Positions 1 to 12,954 of a stretch of 64,000 bases of DNA are shown here, piece by piece. The stretch spans positions 231,446,001 through 231,510,000 of the forward strand of contig CM126203.1 of NCBI GenBank assembly GCA_052327205.1. The letters run 5' to 3'. The stretch comes from Somniosus microcephalus (lineage: Eukaryota). Below the pieces are notes generated by a model. It was given only the letters and a program-made list of their open reading frames with translations, did not search any database and had not been told where the DNA came from. Both the position numbers and the translations under genes were made by a program. Position 1 is the stretch's first letter, and every line of letters begins with the position of its first letter.

Positions 1-1106
1 TGGTAATTCCACCCAAGTTAAGGGAGAGAGTGCTCAATGAGCTTCACGAAGGTCATCTGGGAGGGGTGAAAATGAAAAGCCTTGCTAGGGCTTATGTGTG
101 GTGGCCGGGGATCGATCAGCAAATCGAGGACCTGACAAAGAGCTGCTCAGGATGCCAGAAGGTCCAAAATGCACCACCACATGCCCCTCTACACCCATGG
201 GAGTGGCCCTCCTCTCCATGGCAATGGGTGCATATTGATTTTGCTGGTCCATTCATGGACTCAATGTTTTTAATAGCTGTGGATGCACACTCGAAATGGC
301 CTGAGGTGATCAAAATGTCCTCCACCACCACGGAGAAAACTATTGCAGTCCTACGGACCATTTTTGCCAGGAACGGCTTGCCAGAGCAGATTTGCCCTGA
401 TAACGGACCACAGTTTGTGTCCGAAGAGTTTCAAAGATTTATGAAAAGGAATGGGGTAAGGCATTACACATCCGCCCCGTATCATCCAGCCACAAATGGA
501 TTGGCTGAGAGGTTCGTACAAACCTTTAAAAAAGCAGTAAAGGCCATGTGCGATGACGACATTCCACTGCAGCATAAGGTGGACAATTTCCTGTTAGCCT
601 ACAGAAATGCGACACATGCAGTCACCAACCAGGCCCCGGCCATGATGTTCTTTAACCGAAGGTTGAGATCTCGTCTGGATTTGCTCAGACCAAATGTACG
701 AAGAGATGTTGAGAATAAGCAATTCCAGCACATCAATGAGAAGCCAACAAGGAGCTTCAATGTAGGGCAACCAGTCTTGGCCCGCGACTACCGAACAGAG
801 AAATGGCAACCAGGAATGATATGCACACGGCAGGGGCCACTAATGTACACAGTGGATGTTGGGGAGAACATTGTGAGACGCCATGCTGACCAGATCCTAG
901 AGTCACAGGAACGAGTCAACCCCATGTCTCGGCCATACGTACCTGGTGAGGAACCCGACGTACAGGTCGCATCTACCTCAGAAACAATAGCATTGGAAGC
1001 TGATGAATCAACTGACGACAGGGTGCTAGAATCGCCTCCGCACCAAGAGCGAGACATTTGGGAAAGGCGTTATCCAGAAAGAATCAGGAAGCCTCCCCAA
1101 GACTGA
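1..1106 (+). CDS. Gypsy (Mag-type) LTR retrotransposon pol, integrase C-terminal part (5' end outside window)
   Basis: HHCC zinc finger (LHEGH..CSGC), DDE core (HIDFAGP, DNGPQF, NGLAERFV). Very similar to pol at 29812-32787. The C-terminus appears frameshifted just before the RLN(L/F) end. Confidence 0.93.
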   Translation, partial: VIPPKLRERVLNELHEGHLGGVKMKSLARAYVWWPGIDQQIEDLTKSCSGCQKVQNAPPHAPLHPWEWPSSPWQWVHIDFAGPFMDSMFLIAVDAHSKWPEVIKMSSTTTEKTIAVLRTIFARNGLPEQICPDNGPQFVSEEFQRFMKRNGVRHYTSAPYHPATNGLAERFVQTFKKAVKAMCDDDIPLQHKVDNFLLAYRNATHAVTNQAPAMMFFNRRLRSRLDLLRPNVRRDVENKQFQHINEKPTRSFNVGQPVLARDYRTEKWQPGMICTRQGPLMYTVDVGENIVRRHADQILESQERVNPMSRPYVPGEEPDVQVASTSETIALEADESTDDRVLESPPHQERDIWERRYPERIRKPPQD

Positions 1107-1222
1107 ATTTTAAATAGACTATTTTCAGCTAATGTTGCATGTTAAAAGTGTTAATTGTAATTAGTTTGATATTTAATTGTTAAATGAGTGTTATGGTACT
1201 GTTAATCTAAAAGGGGAGGAAT

Positions 1223-1435
1223 TGTAATGTATGTACCTTTAAGGGAGAGGACTACTTTTTACAGCTCCTGTATACTGTAGTACCGGCAGTGACCACACCT
1301 GTATATAAACCCTGAGTAGTGATCTGTACAGTTAGTTCTAGAGTAACCCTCATTCAGTAAACACCTGTTGATCATTCCCTGCAGTCTCTTGTCTGATTAT
1401 TGAAGGACACAACAACAAGATACACGGATCTAACA
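1223..1435 (+). mobile_element. 3' LTR of the Mag-type Gypsy element
   Basis: Preceded by polypurine tract AAAAGGGGAGGA; TG...CA ends; TATA (TATATAA) and AGTAAA; resembles the LTRs at 27904 and 32875. Confidence 0.85.
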
Positions 1436-1497
1436 GAAATATTCTCTCTGTATCCACTCTATCAAAACCTTTCATAATTTTAATGACCTCTTTTCCA

Positions 1498-3002
1498 GGG
1501 GGAGAAATTCCCTATCTTATCATCACCCGTTAGTGTGGCGTAATGTCGAGAAAGCGGCGGCCGCTGCTCTCCCACCAGCTCGTGGCGGGTCCCGCAGCGT
1601 CCGCCATTTTCATGGGCCCAGTAGTGCTGCCGTTCAGAGTTATCACCCTGCAAAGAAAAATGGTGGAGTGGTGACATCAGTCGGCATGCAACACCGACTT
1701 AATGTCACCACGACGAACTTTGTCCCTAGCACTGGGTTCAGCGCTGGGTCCTAAGCACGACAGGTAAACGCAGCATGCAAGCAGACTCGGCACCACTTTA
1801 AGGGACACACATCTTTCAGGTAAGTTTGCATCTGAGCTTTTGGACTTTTTTTTATTTTACTGAGGTAGTGGCTTGATGTTAAAAAATTTTTAAGTGTGTA
1901 GGGAGTGCTTCTGGATGCTTGCAAGTTCTCGGATGGTACAGAAAGGTCTCTGAGAAGACAGAAAATGCTGCAAACACTCAGCAGGTCAGGCAACATCCAT
2001 GGAGAGAGAAACAGAGTTCACGTCTCAGGTTAAGATGCTGCCTGACCTGTTGAGTATTTCCAGCATTTTATGCTGTCATTTCAGATTTATAGTATCCGCT
2101 CGCAGAGGGAAGAGGAAGAAACAGAACAGGAGGAAGCAGAAGAGGAGGCAGCAGAAGAGGAGGAAGCGGAAGAGGAGGATGCAGAAGGAAGGATACAACC
2201 CAGACAGCCCCTTTCTGGCTGGGAAATCCGGGATGGAATCATCCACCTGCGGTTCCAGTGGCCACAAGCCCAATTCCCCTTTCAACATTAGCCCCTCAAG
2301 GTCAACCAGCAAGGCTTTTGAAGATGCATTCACTGACCTTGACCAGTGGTCTGAGGTCTTGAAGCTTCTTTGGGCACTGGGGCCAGGTGGTGGTGGCAGT
2401 GACGCCCACAGTGATGTGGTCCTACATCCTTTTTTCTGGAGGGCCTCCTGGCCCCTGTGGGTAGCGGGCCTCTCTTGCAGTGTTGACCCCCTGCACAAAG
2501 CTGGAGTGCTGTGTGCGAGACCCTGGGTGCCCCTCCCCTGGCCTGCTGAGCCATTTGTCTTCGTGCTAAAGCGCTTTTCCCATTTTTTGAGGTTTGGAAG
2601 GGAATTCAGCTTTAAGTGCTGAAGACTCCCATTTGGGACTTGTTTTAATATTAACTTTTTTCAAAAAGGCAGTAAGGGCTGAAAACTGCACTTTTTCACT
2701 TTTTAATTTTTATTAGTTCTGAACGTATTGCCCCTTTAATTCATAGCCCTTTTAATTTCCCACAATTCCTTTTAATCTACACAGCCTCACTCCCAGAGGC
2801 TGTTAGAAGCTGGAACGCCGCTTCAGGATGGGAACTTTGACTTCCAGGCCTGCACTAATGCCACCAGGAGGGCGTGTCATAGTAAGTTAGCGCTGGGCTA
2901 AAAATCCTTAGCCCCCAGCGTGAATTGATCTCGGGTATCGCTGGGTCAGTTTTCAGTGGCCGTTAACCCGAGTTGCTGGTGGCAGCCACGAATTTCTAGG
3001 CC
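1498..3002 (-). mobile_element. Degenerate, internally deleted PIF/Harbinger DNA transposon
   Basis: Imperfect TIRs GGGGGAGAAATTC / GAATTTCTAGGCC with 3-bp TSD CCA. Decayed Myb/SANT exon on the minus strand (MAQQARGGAPRVSHTALQ... QCPKKLQDLRPLVKV, ~2330-2554). Glu-rich tract (2105-2185) resembles the transposase C-terminus at 46400-46480. Confidence 0.7.
1959..2087. repeat. Fold-back copy of dispersed Penelope-type terminal repeat
   Basis: Arms 1962-1997 and 2034-2069 are imperfect reverse complements; same family as 9395-9495 and 14177-14300. Confidence 0.7.
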
Positions 3003-3556
3003 CCAGTTTGTTCAGCCTTTCCTGATAGGTATAACCTCGCATTTCTGATATCATCCTTGAAAATCTTTTTTGCACCCTCTCCAATGCCTCTATATCTTTT
3101 TTGTAATATGGCAAAGTCTGGTGCAGACAAACCTCCCTGACATCCCTTTGTTCATCATCTTCTTCTACCTCCAAAGACTCAGGGAAATGGGAACACTGAA
3201 TGCCAAGTCCATTTTCTCATAATTTTGACTGCAGAAATGACTGCCATTTTATATGGATGAGCTAAACACACAGCATGATCCATGTGTAAAATTTGGGAAA
3301 CTGAATAACAGGCCATTAAGTTCACCATGCCATCTTTAAACTGATGTTTGGCAAATAGTGTGTTATTTGAGTGCAGTGGCGAGCTGAGAAATTGGAATCA
3401 AGCCATTTCATGACCCTTGCAGGGCCAACCAATTGGAAAATGAGCCTGATAATGAGCTTTATGAAGTAATTAGCAATGTTTTAAGAGCAGAGTTTTTTGA
3501 TATATATTTATTAATTGTGAGATGTTCAAAATGCTATCTACACTCCCAAAACACTT

Positions 3557-3832
3557 CAAAGAAAGAACTTACATTTATTTAGCGCCTTTCATGATCTCAG
3601 GACGTCCCAACGTGCTTCACAACCAATTAAGCACTTTTAAAGTGTAGTCACTATCATAATGTAGGGAAACGCGGCAGCCAATTTGCACACAGCAAGGTCG
3701 TATCTACAGCAATGAGAGAAATTACCAGATAATCTGCTTAGTGATGTTGGTTGAGGGATAGATGTTGGGCAGGACATCTTCGAAAAGAGCCATGGAATCT
3801 TTTATGTCTACTTGAGAGAGCAGATGGAGCCT
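3557..3832 (-). mobile_element. DeuSINE (SacSINE1-like) fragment
   Basis: Reverse complement matches the 3' two-thirds of the SINE at 60020-60455. Confidence 0.75.
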
Positions 3833-5466
3833 ATATTATTTTGTGTGTGTGTGTATATATATATATGAATGAACTGTCCCATTCAAAGAGAAATAGTTGA
3901 AAAGGAAAACTTTATAATTATTATCACCATCTAAAGACCACTCACTGTGGGGTGAACTAAAACAAAATTCTATTCATTCAGCATCCTTTCTTAACAGCCT
4001 TTATATCATGTCTGTCTCCACATAACTCTTTCTGTGTCTGGCATTCCTCCCTTGAGGAGAAGGAACGGAAGTGCAAAGTCTGGAAATTTTGGCAAAGAAA
4101 CAAATGCATTTGGGGAATTTCCAAGACTATCTGCACGTTGTTAGCCAAAAGCTATCTTTTCACCAGCGTTGAATTGAGGTTAATTAAGGATATGAACATG
4201 AAATGGATATATTTGTAAGTGAACTCCACTATGGATATTTAATGTGAAAATCATGTGCCCCTACTGGGTTCTTGTATTCTTGTAATGCATACAGTGCCCA
4301 AGAACTTCACAAATGAGCTGTATTTTTCCAGCTGGATTTATATAGACGTTCTATTTATTTAACTTCTACCTGCCTTAATAGTTTGCAGTGTTTCTTTTTA
4401 AGGAAAATGCATTTTCAACATCCTTAAATAACAGAAAATATTATGGAGCCAAGTTTGTTCTGCACTAGTTGGTACAAGGTCTAGCATCACGTTGGTTGCT
4501 TTTGTGCCATACCTGTGCCTGTAGACAAACTCAATATTTTTATCACGCTATTAATGCAAGTTGAGCCTTTGCAACTTTGTGTCTGGTGAAGGATGCCAGG
4601 AAAATGACATGCTTGGTGGTTCTATAAAAGTGTGCCACTGATTTATGGATCACAGAAGAGGTTGAACTCAAAGCTAACAGAGGAAGGAGGGAAAAGAGGA
4701 GGAGTGCAAAGACCATTTCATGGGTTCAGACTAGGACTTCTTTATTAGGAAGGCCCAAAAAGTACAAAGAAAATATTTGAGATTAAGAACTACACTTCTA
4801 ATCCTAAAAGGGAATTGCTTTGAATAAGTGCATCCTGTCATGTCACAAGACCAGGAAAGACTGCCAAGATCACTTCTGCCTCGAGGCTGCCAAGGAAAAA
4901 CAAGCCAAAATCAAAAGCTACGGCTGGAAGACAAGAACTAAAACAATGCTAGCTAAAGGGAATGTAACAGCAACAACTTGGAGTTATGAAGCACCTTTTA
5001 TGCAGAAAAAATGTTCCAACCGGCTTCACAGATGTATGAGGAAAATGAACAGTGATCTATGAAGGAGAGATTAGGATGGGTAAACAAAAGCTTAGTCAAA
5101 GAGGTAGATTTTAGGGATGGCCTTAAAGGAGGAGCAGGGAGGCTGGAAAGGTGATGGGATGTAGGAAAGGAATTCTAGACAATGGATCCTATGCAGCTGA
5201 AAGCACAGCCAACAAAAGTGGGATGAAGGCGAGGATGCCGGAGTCAGGAGAACAGAGAGTTTGGTGGGGGGGTCTTTATGCCTTGCACATAGCCATTGCT
5301 GCTGACAGGGCCTAATTCTTCCATGAGGCTCAGGTACACACTGCCCAGCCATGAAGGTTCGAGGCGCTGCCACTACCAGCCAGGCACATGCAGTGCAAAC
5401 TCCTACAAAGCTTTACTATCAATGGGTGCATTAGCTGCATGAAACTGTTAGCCATAAAACAGCTTT

Positions 5467-5633
5467 GCCTGGAATTTCCATGGAGGTTCTCCGGTGGGAG
5501 ATCGGCAGAACCCCTGGAGCAACGGTGAAAAATGGCTAAAGACAGCCATTTGGATTGTTTCTCTGGGGGGTTTCACCAGTCTTCTGCCAAAATTACAGCA
5601 GGTGATTGAGACAACCCACAGAAATTCAGGGCC
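5467..5633. mobile_element. Possible small degenerate Harbinger-type MITE
   Basis: Ends GCCTGGAATTTC / GAAATTCAGGGC are imperfect inverted repeats; related internal sequence near 8920-9000 and 12270-12330. Confidence 0.45.
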
Positions 5634-6125
5634 CAGTTGTCATAAGCACAGGTAAATGATTCAGTTCAGTTTATTTACGCATTCTTGGAAAGCAAAATAG
5701 CAAACTCTGCAGTAAGGTTATGTGAGCTGCAGGTATGTGAACTTTTTTTCTTGACAGTTGGGATTTGGTTTGATGAAAGCCATGTGTTGAATGTAGTATT
5801 ATACACTATGCATGCAACTACTGTGCAGCTACAGTAGTATCCTTCATGTAATCTAGCTGGGTTCATTTCAGCCCACCCCAGTGGTCCAAGACAGGAAACA
5901 GGCCCAAACCAGCAAGAGCTCAAAATGCTGTTCTGAAAGGGTAAGCTTTGAGGCGGGAAGAGAACAAGAGGACTGCAAAAGGCCAGGATTCCAGGAGAGG
6001 GTCTGTCAACATGAGACAAAACATTTAACTGCCCCTCCCCCCACCCCGCCCCCAGCCAACTCAACTGCACACAGCCCCAAATTACAAAATGATCAGGAAC
6101 TCTTAGCAAAACATTATGCAAAATA

Positions 6126-8620
6126 ACTTTAATCTACATATAGATTGGGCTAACCAAATTAGTAACAATACTGTGGAGGAGGAATTCCTGGAGTGTATAC
6201 GGGATGGTTTCCTGGACCAATATGTCGAGGAACCAACTAGGGATCAGGCCATTTTAGACTGGGTATTATGCAATGAGAAAGGATTAATTAGCAATCTTGT
6301 TGTGCGAGGCCCCTTGGGTAGGAGCGATCATAATATGATAGAATTCTTCATTAAGATGGAGAGTGAAGTAGTTGACACAGAGACTAAGGTCCTGAATTTA
6401 AATAAAGGAAACTACGATGGTATGAGGCACGAGTTGGGTAGGATTGATTGGGGAATGTCACTCAAAGGGTTGACGGTGGATAGGCAATGGCAAACATTCA
6501 AAGATCGCATGGATGAACTGCAGAATTTGTTCATCCCAGTTTGGCATAAAAATAAATCAAAAAAGGCGACTCAACCGTGGCTAACAAGGGAAATTAGGGA
6601 TAACATAAGATCCAAAGAGAGGACATATAAATTGGCCAAAAAAAGCAGCAAAACTGAGGATTGGGAGCAGTTTAGGATTCAGCAAAGGAGGACAAAGGGA
6701 TTAATTAAGAGGGGGAAAATAGATTATGAAAGTAAGCTTGCAGGGAACATAAAAACTGACTGTAAAAGCTTTTATAGATATGTGAAGAGAAAACGATTGG
6801 TGAAGTCAAGCGTAGGTCCCTTACAGTCAGAATCAGGGGAATTTATAATGGGGAACAAAGAAATGGCAGCCCAATTAAATACATATTTTGGTTCTGTCTT
6901 CACAAAGGAGGACACAATTAACCTCCCAGAGATGTTGGGGAACATAGGGACTAATGAGAGGGAGGAACTGAAAGAAATCAGTATTTGTAGGGAGATGGTG
7001 CTGGGGAAGTTGACAGGATTGAAGGCCGATAAATCCCCAGCGCCTGATAATCTACATCCTAGGGTACTTAAGGAAGTGGCCCTGGAGATAGTAGATGCAT
7101 TGCTGGTCATCTTCCAGAACTCGATAGACTCTGGAACAGTACCCATGGATTGGAGGATAGCTAATGTTACCCCACTGTTCAAGAAAGGTGGTAGAGAAAA
7201 AGCGGGGAATTACAGACCGGTAAGCCTGACATCGGTAGTGGGGAAAATGCTAGAATCCATTATAAAAGATGTAATAGCAGAGCACTTGGAAAGCAGTGAC
7301 TGGATCGGACAAAGTCAACATGGATTTACAAAAGGTAAATCATGCTTGACTAATGTACTGGAATTTTTTGAGGATGTAACTGGTAAAATAGATAAGGGAG
7401 AACCAGTGGATGTGGTGTATTTGGACTTTCAGAAGGCTTTCGATAAGGTCTCGCATAAGAGATTAGCGTGCAAAATTAAGGCACATGGGATTGAGGGCAA
7501 GGTATTGACTTGGATAGAGAACTGGTTGGCAGATAGAAAGCAAAGAGTTGGAATAAACGGGTCATTTTCCGAGTGGCAGGCAGTGACTAGTGGGGTACCG
7601 CAAGGATCGGTCCTAGGACCCTAGCTGTTCACAATATATATTAATGATCTGGACGAGGGAATTGGATGTAATATCTCCAAATTTGCAGATGACACAAAGC
7701 TGGGTGGGCGTGTATGCTGTGAGGAGGATGTCGTGAAACTCCAGTACGATTTGGACAGGTTGGGTGATTGGGCAGAAACATGGCAAATGCATTATAATGT
7801 GGATAAATGTGAGGTTATCCACTTCGGTGGCAAAAACAGGAAGGCAGATTATTATTTGAATGGCAATAGATTGGGAGAAGGGGAAGTGCAAAGAGACCTG
7901 GATGTTCTTGTGCACCAGTCGCTGAAGGTAAGCATGCAGGTGCAGCAGGTGGTTAAGAAGGCAAAATGTATGTTGGCCTTCATAGCGAGAGGGTTCGAGT
8001 ACAGGAACAAGGATGTCTTGCTGCAGTTGTACAGGGCCTTGGTGAGACCACACCTTGACTATTGTGTGCAGTTTTGGTCGCCTTATCTGAGGAAGGATGT
8101 TCTTGCCATGGAAGGAGTGCAACGAAGATTCACCAGGCTGATACCTGGGATGGCAGGAATGACGTATGAGGAGAGATTGTGTCGATTGGGCTTATACTCA
8201 CTGGAGTTTAGAAAATTGAGAGGGGATCTCGTCGAAACCTATAAAATTCTGTCAGGCCTGGACAGACTAGATGCAGGAAGGATGTTCCCGATGGCGGGGG
8301 AGTCCAGAACCAGGGGTCATAGTCTAAGGATAAGGGGTAAGCCATTTAGGACTGAGATGAGGAGGCATTTCTTCACCCAGAGAGTGGTGAACCTGTGGAA
8401 TTCTCTTCCACAGAGGGCAGTGGAGGCCAGTTCATTAAATATATTCAAGAAGGAGTTGGATATATTTCTTAAGGCTAAAGGGATCAAGGGATATGGGGAG
8501 AAGGCAGGGACAGGGTACTGAATTTGGATGATCAGCCATGGTCTCATTGAATGGCGGAGCAGGCTCGAGGGGCCGAATGGCCTACTCCTGCTCCTATCTT
8601 CTATGTTTATGTTTCTATGT
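6126..8620 (+). mobile_element. 5'-truncated CR1 LINE (ORF2: end of APE endonuclease plus reverse transcriptase)
   Basis: GRSDHN endonuclease end, YLDFQKAFD, GVPQGSVLGP, KFADDTKL; single in-frame TAG at 7622-7624; 3' UTR and (TCTATGTT)n tail. Confidence 0.93.
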
Positions 8621-9394
8621 AACATAAGAAAGGAAGCCAATTCTCTTGGAATTTAGCCTCAGATAAGCAAAGAGAGAATACGATCCTCTCTGATTGAGCT
8701 ACCTGTCAGAGCTGGGTAGAGAGTGAGCATTAGAAGAGATAGTTTTATGTATTTTACAGCACAGGCACCTGCTCATTATCTCCAGCTCCTGACTCAAATT
8801 GTCAGAACCAAAGGAAAATATTCTGCAGAATACTAAGGAAGCCATATGTGTTGAAGCCTGAGATCTGAATATTATGGAGAGGATTGGAAAAAGGGTTGCT
8901 GAATAGTTTCAGGTTTTTCATGCAGCGGGAGACTGGCGAAACCCCTGGAGAAACAGTGTAAACAGCTAAAAACAGCCATTTATGCCATTTCTGCGAAGGC
9001 TGCACTGTAGTTATGACAGGATATCAAGGATTGGGAGAATGCAACAGAAATAATGGCTGAGAAATTTGTTGACGCTGCGCCCATTTTACAGGCATAAGGC
9101 GGGTGCCTAAGCATCCAGTATGCAAGCGGTGTGCACATTCTGTGCCAGAAGTGCGCTTTGCGCCACATTGGCAAAGGCCAAAGTATAGGCGTCCATGGCT
9201 CATGTCTGAAACATATGCCCGCTGCATATGCAATTGGGGGCCTAACACCTGTTTCAGGAACCCTTCCCAAAATTGGGCTGCTCTGAACGCAGCTGGTACC
9301 TGGCTTGGATCCACTGGATTTTTCATGTGGTGTACTGGGTGGAATTCTCCCAAACGTGCTCCCACCCCAGTCTTGCCTAGATAAAAGGGGATAA

Positions 9395-9500
9395 AGCAGA
9401 AAATTGCTGGAAATACTCAGCAGGCCAGGCAGCATCTGTGGAGATAGAAATAGAGTTAACATTTCAGATCGATAACCTTTCGTCAGAACTGAAACAAGTT
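9395..9500 (-). repeat. Dispersed Penelope-type terminal repeat carrying a hammerhead motif
   Basis: Homologous to 1959-2087 and 14177-14300; family assignment is inferred from the hammerhead motif. Confidence 0.6.
9454..9490 (-). ncRNA. Minimal type I hammerhead ribozyme motif
   Basis: Minus strand reads AGUU-CUGACGA-A-AGGU-UAUCG-AUCU-GAAAU-GUU-AACU: stem I AGUU/AACU, core CUGANGA, stem II, GAAA, NUH triplet GUU. Confidence 0.65.
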
Positions 9501-9763
9501 AGATATTTAACATTTTAGAAGAGCTGAGCCAGGGAAAGAAGGGGGAGGAGAAGGGCAGGATAGAACAAAGGGAAGTTGTCATGGGACCCCAATCTATATT
9601 TAAAGAAGGACCCCACTGGCTTTGGATGGGTGTTCTTGCTGCTTGCTCAGAAGAGCAGGTCAAAATTGAAGACAGCGGATCCATGTGGGACATTGGCGGG
9701 TAAGTCACCTGGCCAATTTTAACTGCCTGCTCACCTGGTTTTTGCCAGGCATGTTGAGCTAAT

Positions 9764-10506
9764 GCCCCAGAAATTCGGGTTGGAGGCTTCCCGCGGGTGC
9801 AAGCCCCCGACCTGCACTTACCTTGCGCGCCGGCCATTGAGCTGTGGGCCCCCGTGGAATTCCGATCCTGGGCCTGCTCCAGCTGCCGGCGAGCAGTGCT
9901 TGCATATCCCAGGGGCGCAGTTAGTTCGATGCGGCCTCTGGGATCACGTGGGCCACGGGGAGCCAATCGGAGCAGGGAATGCTCCATTCATAAGATTGAC
10001 AGGAAGAGCTGTCAAAACTTATAAATACTACGGGCCCCAAAACATCACTAAATCTTCAAATAATTTTTTTTTTAATCACTTTTTTAAATAAACTATAAAT
10101 TACATTAAATAACTATTTTAAACAATAATTTAAATTTTTGAAAAAAATAATTTTATTTTCTAACGGGGCTAAAAATAAACTTACCTTGCTTTAAAGTATT
10201 TAAAAATAATAAACCTGTGGAAAAAATGTTTTAATTTTAATTAATTCACCACTTACCTTGTAAAAAGCAGGCCTTACACCTGCTTTTTATATGTGTAAAT
10301 TCTGCAGACTTACCCTCCCGGGAAAACCTGTAAAAAAAAAACTAAGTTCGATGCGCACGCGCTGCCTCTCCCGCGCACGCGTTCGAACTCTGAACCCCTT
10401 CGCTCAGGGGAACGGAAGTGCCGGTTTCCCGCGCATGCGCAGTGCATGCAGGAAACCAGCACTTCCATTGGGCCTACTCACCCGTGGAGACCCGAATTTC
10501 TGGGCC
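9764..10506. mobile_element. Non-autonomous Harbinger-type MITE, copy 1
   Basis: TIRs GCCCCAGAAATTCGGG / CCCGAATTTCTGGGCC, 3-bp TSD AAT, AT-rich core; TIR resembles that of 43538-48018. Confidence 0.85.
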
Positions 10507-11384
10507 AATACTGCCCCATAACAACAACAACAACAACGTGCATTTATATTGTGCCTTTGACATGGTATAAACATCCTAAGGCTCTTAAGGCCTATAGTAA
10601 CATAGTACTGTTTAGCGAAGACCAAGGGCTGAATTCCATGAGGATAAATATTGTTTTTGCTCCACATATGACAACTTGAACAGAGTCCTGCTCTGTGGAG
10701 GGGATCATGCTTCAGGACGGTTGGGTCAGGAAGAAAATTGGATAGGAAAAAAGAGACAATTCAGTCTCTTTGGTAATATAGTCCACATTTGTATCACCCG
10801 CTTACTAAAAATATGTTGCCTAAATTTCTTTTTTTTTTACTTTAAACTGTGTGCCCCCCAATCCTTGAATCCTCTGCCTGACAAAAACACTTTCCTTGAT
10901 CTAAATTCTCCATACCCATGAAAATCTAAAGGACTTCTGTCAAGTATCCCCTCATCCTCATCTATTCCTCCAATTAAAGAAAAACAGAATCATTTTTGTA
11001 TATCCTTTGCACACTCTGCAGCATCATTGAAGCCGGAATGTACTGGCACTTTCACACTGACATATTTATTGTGGGAAAATTATTGCACATGACAAAAACC
11101 TAACCCAGTAATACCAGTAATGTTATTGCAAAAACACGCATCACATTTAGGAATAGCAGACTGGATTTTCCAAAACTTTGAAGCACTCACTGAATGCGCA
11201 GCAATTATAACAAGTGTCATTCTTTTTGTAACAGAAGCAACAATTGGTTCTTCACACTAGTTATACCCAGTAACCTTTCGAATATTAAATATAATTTGCA
11301 GCTTTAAAAACATGTGAAATCTATAATGGCTCAACTGGCAAATTTGCTTCTGAGTATGGAAATGATGCATACAGTCCATAAAAG

Positions 11385-11700
11385 TCACAGGTTTGACCCC
11401 CAACCTGTCCTGAGCTGGTTAATGTCAGCTGGGGGATAATTGGAGTGGTAAATTTGGTCTCAGTCATGGTAGGGCAATAATCAGTGGGGTTTCTGCTCCT
11501 GATTGCTGCCCAGTGAGCCCTGCTGGAATGTGTGGATGCATGGAGATCAGGTGAAGAAAGGATTGATGCCAGTGTCAAATGGCCTGCCGACAACTCTCAC
11601 TGCCTAGGGTCACATGTGAAGAGTAGCCAACTGGGAGCGGTATCACGGATGGCTGCCCAAGGCACCATATCGCAGTCTGAGTTGGCACCCCAAGGATAGG
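11385..11700 (+). repeat. Old SINE-like dispersed repeat
   Basis: Patchy similarity to 58120-58390 (+) and 48780-49090 (-); family not identified. Confidence 0.45.
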
Positions 11701-12954
11701 AGGAAAGAAAGGTGATGGGCCAAAAAATGTATGCATGCTCACTGTCATAACGTCCACAAGAATGATTTTCAGTGCAATAGAATATTAGTAAAATTAGAGA
11801 AATATCTCTTAATTCACAACATTCCGTGAATAAATTGCAATTTGGTCATAAATCCTTATAGAGGCTCCAACAGACAGCATGCTTCACTCACCACTTGCTC
11901 CATCTTTCACTCTACTAATCCTGATGTGGAGTTCCAATACTAGCATGGGGATAACTAATAGCTACAGTGAAGTTTTTGTGATAAAAACATTTTCAATATT
12001 GTTCAAAGGTTTTAGTCATCATTTTCTTTCATGGGGCGGGGGGGACAGAGTAATGTCCTTGTCATGTTGTTAGCTTGATACAAAAATCATCATCCATTAT
12101 TTGCTCAGTATTTCCTGACATTCTAAACTGGTAAATTGTACTTTTAAATGACCAACCTGGCATGCTACAGATTATTGATAAAATGTATATTTTTAAGACT
12201 TGCTGGTGTTTTAGGATACAGTACATGTCAGTCCTGACATTCCAAGCGGGATCCCTCAGTCTTCCATTGTAACTTTGGCAGGGGATCAGTTAAACGCCTG
12301 GAGAAATGGCGTAAAAGTGCAAACCGTCTGACTTGGACTCTCCATATTTGTGCGTTCCGGTCATTAGGTTAGGCTCAGCGTACCTCAGGTATAGGCCTGC
12401 CCTCTGGCATGGTCTTGCATCTTGAAACAGGAGCAGAAATCCATCATTAATGCAGACCTGAGATACCTGCGGCAGCAGTAACGGCCACCGGCTGTGGGGC
12501 CTTCTGGCTGCCGTATAAAAACAACAATCAGAAGGCCTGCAGCCCCAAGTGTCTTCCTGCTGGCTCTGGAGAACAGATGGCACTTACATTTGTCGATATC
12601 CATGGCCTTGTTGCCTGCCCTTCTCAGAACTTTATCTGAGTGGGGCTGGGCACAGGGCCTAACACCTACTCCTTCTGGCCGCCATTTCCTAAAGCACTCC
12701 CATCCTTTGTTGGGGGAGTAAAGAGAAGTGGATGTTATTGTAATGTCACCCCCGCCTGATTTACATGGAATTTGAATGCTTGTGTCTTCACAAGCAACCA
12801 TCCCCCTTTAGGGAAAACTCAGGGCAAAGTATAAAGGGCCAGAGACCCAGCATCACAGGTGTCTATCCTTTTTTCCTCTACTTTGCACCAGAAACTGAGT
12901 TCTCTTATGCAAAATGGAGGAATATTGGCCCTATGTTCTCAAATTCATTACATT

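Larger units (their letters stand above)
1436..3115 (-). mobile_element. Old CR1 LINE 3' fragment interrupted by a Harbinger remnant
   Basis: Reverse strand encodes PYYKKDIEALERVQKRF..YQERLNKLG (3003-3115) and KIMKGFDRVDTERIF (1436-1480), collinear with CR1 RT C-terminus. Confidence 0.75.

Noticed and set aside
1999-2622. 207-aa ORF with basic/acidic tract
   Set aside because: Chance frame across a fold-back repeat and a decayed Harbinger; no domain.
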